Program-made: the position numbers and the translations under genes
Assembly (NCBI RefSeq): GCF_009834535.1
Contig: NC_045696.1
Span: 6,326,001-6,390,000, forward strand
DNA length: 64,000 nucleotides
Reading direction: 5' to 3'
Origin: Camelus ferus
Taxonomy: Eukaryota
Notes under the pieces: generated by a model
What the model was told of the DNA's origin: nothing
Database searches by the model: none
Seen by the model: only the letters and a program-made list of their open reading frames with translations
Part shown: positions 60,291 to 64,000 of the stretch, in pieces
Layout: each line of letters begins with the position of its first letter
Numbering within the stretch: position 1 is the first letter of the stretch

Positions 60291-62855
60291 AGAGACTGCA
60301 AGGCTTGGGGAGTGAGTGGAAGATGAGAATTCTGTAAAGAGTTATAAAATATTTAAATAGGTATGGCCAGTTTTTGGTCCCATTCATCACCAGCTGCCAC
60401 CCTCATCTGCTGACACCCATGTGAACACGTACACATTCTTCTGCTTGAAATCCAAGTAAGAAGCTTAGAGACATTGACCTGAGCGAAAGTAAAGTGAGTG
60501 TTAGAGATTAATGTGCATGGATAAATTCTGGGGAAGCACATTGTGATTGTGGAAAGACTGCATCAGCATGAAATGCAGGAATTAAAAATTCACCTCCAAT
60601 GTGTCCAGGCCCGTGGGATCCCGCCTGCCCCCACCGCCTGCCTGGACTGGGACTTTCTGGGGCTGTAGGGGTGTGTGGCTCCAGTTGGCATGTGTTTTAA
60701 TCAGGAGTTTAAGGCTTAAGATTCAACAGTAGCCAAAGTGGTTTCCTGACTTCCAGTTGTACAGGCCTTTACATCTTGTTTGAATTTTTAAACAACTTTA
60801 AAGTGTCTACAAATAGTGCTCAGTGCAAACCTACCAGACTGGAAGGCAGGAAGGCAGGAAGGTAAGTCATCTTTTGTTCTAAGTAAGTTGCTCTTTTAAG
60901 TAGACCTGGCCCCATGTGACTCCGCCCCCATAGGGCTCATTATGCAAATTAACGGGTTGGAGACTTAGAAAACCCCACCCCCTCTGAAAGGGGCTTGCCC
61001 CACACAGACCCCGGCCCTGTGGGCAGGCCCTCACCTGTCCAGCAGGTCTCTCTTTGCGCCTGCACCATGTGTACAGCGGCGCACACAATCCTGAGCCCTG
61101 GGAGCTTCCTCTTTCTCGTGGAAAAGGTGGACAGTTATGAGCATCCATGGCTCTGCTTTCTCCAGGGGGGTTTGGCGTAATAAGTAAGGAGGTCCCGGGT
61201 AAGGAGGCAATCTAAAATCCAAGGTCGAGATCCTGGGGTCGACATCATTAAGACTTTCAGGCCACCAAGCTGCTCTGCAGGTTAGAGTTGCTTTGAATGA
61301 ATCGTCTACAGATTTTTTAAGAGACTGATTACAAAGGGGTTCAGGAGAGCCTTGCCGGGCATGATGTGTCTATGTGTAGTTTGAAATTGTTGGACAAGTT
61401 TACAATTAACGATTCAAACGTACTGGGTTTTGAGATCAACACTTCCAGAGTCGTAAAAATCAAGTCTCGCTGGCAGCCAGCTTGTCGGTGCGGGAGAAGT
61501 GTTCCGATGACGGGTCCTCCCCACCGCCCCGAGCTACCTCATGGGAGGAGAATGAGATCAGTGCAGAGCGTGAACAAAGGTTACGATACCCTGGCTACTT
61601 GGTCCCCTTTCTGTGCAGCAACCAGGGCAGATTTATGTGCTGGAAAATCTGGTGCAAAGCACGGGCTTTAGCCTCCCAGCCCCGGGGGACAGAGGCGTCA
61701 TCACTCATGGAGCAGAAGTGAGAGCTTGGCAGGGCTGGACCCTCACAGTGGGTGAGCCGTTGGCTCCTTCCAGGGTGGGAGCCGGCGTCTAAGAAAAAGA
61801 CAATGTTCATGTTCATGTCTGCTTTCTACATTGTTGCTGGGGGTTGAGGATAGAAAGGGGGGAAGGGGGTCCCTAGAGCACCGTGGGTAAAGTAGGGGCT
61901 TCATACATGCTCTCGTCTCCCAGCCTGAGCGTCCCAGTTCCTGTAAGACTTTCGGTTAGTAGAACAGTGTTTTATTGGTACTGGGATGTGTTTTACATGC
62001 GGAACAGTCCCCAGGTTTCCGTGCAGGAGGTCAGGTCCTAACTGCACTGGAAAACGCGAAGTGAACGCTCAGGGTCTCGACTACCTTCCCGCCAGGAGCA
62101 CAGAGGGAAGTCATGCACGAGACTCGGGAAGTGAACATCTGGGGGCAGCACGGACAGAGCCCACGGCTCACGTCTACCCTGAACTTGCAGGGACTTCTGG
62201 CAGCTCCCCAGGTGATGGAGCTCCCTCTTCTGCACATGTCTGCTCACAGACAGAGAAGGTGGGCCTGCAGTTTGGCTGTGGCAGGAAGAGATTTCATTTT
62301 GGTGCAAGGAGGGACCTGAGGGAGCATCCGGACACCAGACCCTCATTTAATAGAGGAGGGAGGCCATGGCCCCTGGGCATGAGGCACGTGGGGTGGCTGA
62401 GCTGAGGGAGCAGCTGCATCTCACACCAGTGACCCTGTGTCTCTGCTGTCCCTTTTAAATTCTTACGTGCATCCTGACACTTGCAGATGGAGTCTGGTAT
62501 CGTGCACCCATTTGGAGGGAATGGCGTCACTTAAAAAACATTAAGGCTGTTGTATGCCTCCCTTTTATGGGAGATTTGGGATTGGAGGCTTGAAGGCACA
62601 AGAGAGATACCTGATGGAAATGAGCAGGACCAGGAGCAGGCTGGGGGTGGAGGCCAGGACATCTGCTGCTGTCTTGTGCTTGCCAGCATTTCCCATGGTG
62701 CCAGAATTTTCTCATGAATAAAATTCTTGGAATTTTATCGAAAACAGTGCATCCATGTGTCAGGAACTCGTGGATGAGACGCATTCCAGATGTGCAGTGC
62801 ACTGTGTTTTTAGCGCATGGATGTGTGTTTTGAAAAGCCAAGCATAGAGCTGCCT

Positions 62856-63030
62856 ATTTTTTTTTTAATTGAAGTAGAGTTGATTTACAATGTCGTGTTA
62901 GTTTCAGGTGTACAGCATCGGGATTCAATTATACGTATATATATTCTTTTTCAGATTCTGTTTCATTATAGGCTATTAGAAGGTATTGAATATAGTTCCC
63001 TGTGCAATACAGTAGGACCTTGTTGTTTCT
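62856..63030 (-). mobile_element. L1 3'-end fragment, antisense
   Basis: TTTAATTGAAGTAGAGTTGATTTACAATGTCGTGTTAGTTTCAGGTGTACAGC...ACAGTAGGACCTTGTTG. Confidence 0.88.
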
Positions 63031-63469
63031 CAAGCTGCCTGTTTTTCTTGGAGCTCCTTCTACAGGTGAGAGGAGTAATGTACTGTCCCTCCCTTGGTGT
63101 TCAGAGAGGGCTGGTTCCAATGGAGGAAAACTGCAAATGGCTTTGTCACCTTGCGGGTGTGGGGGTGCCGTTCTGAGGGTCCTCTGTGCTTCTTGGAACC
63201 TGAATCACCTGCAGCCCAAGCTGGGCAAGTAAGCTTCAGAAACCAGAAGGGTAGAAGAGTTCCCTGAGCTTCTTAGCAAGGCTGCAGTAGAAACACTTCT
63301 TTGTCCAAGTTTATTAAAACCCCCGCGAGGTTTTAGGGAAAGTTAAACTGAAAAGCATCCTGGATCCCACATTCTGGAAGAGAAGACCTTTCTGGGGAGT
63401 TTGAGGAACATCCACTGTGTGCCATGTGTAATTCTAGGGAAAGAGATGGGGATTATAAGAACAAGGTAT

Positions 63470-63640
63470 ATTCATTCATTCATTCGTCCATTCATCCACT
63501 CATTTTACAGAAAATGCCAACAGCATGCCAGGGAACATACCAGCTGTTGAGGCTACAGTTTCCAGCAGGGGATCCAGATTCCTTCCTGCACAAAACTTGA
63601 ATTGATATCGAGCAAACTGATGTAGACTCACAAGTGAAAA
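63470..63640 (-). mobile_element. L2 3' end
   Basis: (CATT)n start, then ...ATGCCAGG...GCTGTTGAGGCTACAG, typical of reversed L2 termini. Confidence 0.55.
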
Positions 63641-64000
63641 CCCATGTTAAGAACTGGACCAGGGGTGGTAAAGGCTAAATCACGTGGGACTAAGTGCTCT
63701 TGACAATAAAAGATGCCACCCCATCTTCCTCCCCATGTTAGGCAAAGAAACCTGACTTTTAAATTTAGGACTTACAAAGAATGGCATACAAGAGATGATG
63801 TACTTTGCCTGGCATCTGGCTTGTTAGAATTGAGATGGATCATCCAGACCACTGCCTTGAACCACGGGGAGAAGGCAGGTCAGTCACGTCAACTTCCCAT
63901 GTGGGGATAATAGTTGAAATGCAATAAATAATTTTACAGACACTGGCTCATTTGGCCCATTTAACAGCCCTGGGTGGGAGCTGGGCAGCTGGTATCAACA

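Larger units (their letters stand above)
25659..64000 (+). other. ERG: First intron of the ERG proximal isoform (continues beyond the window)
   Basis: Starts at the GT donor at 25659. No exon beginning GAAGCCTTATCAGTTGTG (EALSVV) was seen downstream. Repeat-rich non-coding sequence. Confidence 0.8.

Overview
Mammalian genomic DNA, not prokaryotic: no operons or CRISPR arrays, and none of the supplied ORFs looks like a host gene. The window is part of the ETS transcription-factor gene ERG on the + strand. It holds the proximal alternative promoter and first exon: an AT-rich 5'UTR, then ATG GCC AGC ACG ATT AAG (MASTIK) at 25641-25658, then a GTAAGG donor. I found neither the next coding exon (EALSVVSEDQ...) nor the distal MIQTVPDPAAHIK exon by eye, so the rest is upstream or intronic sequence. 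It carries typical eutherian repeats: L1, L2, MIR, MamSINE1-like, MLT1, LTR33, MER5/20/58 and Charlie-type. It also has tRNA-derived SINEs resembling the camelid Vic-1 family, which suggests a camel, alpaca or llama genome. The most notable signals are cis-regulatory: a dense ETS/GATA/CCAAT core promoter, a strong CTCF motif about 7.3 kb upstream, and intronic ETS/FOX/RUNX/GATA and octamer/GC-box clusters. There are also a few odd rearrangements, including a SINE split by an unexplained ~108-bp insert and a locally duplicated MLT1 segment. I cannot support a claim of a wholly new biological system. Repeat family names come from recalled consensus sequences and their boundaries are approximate.
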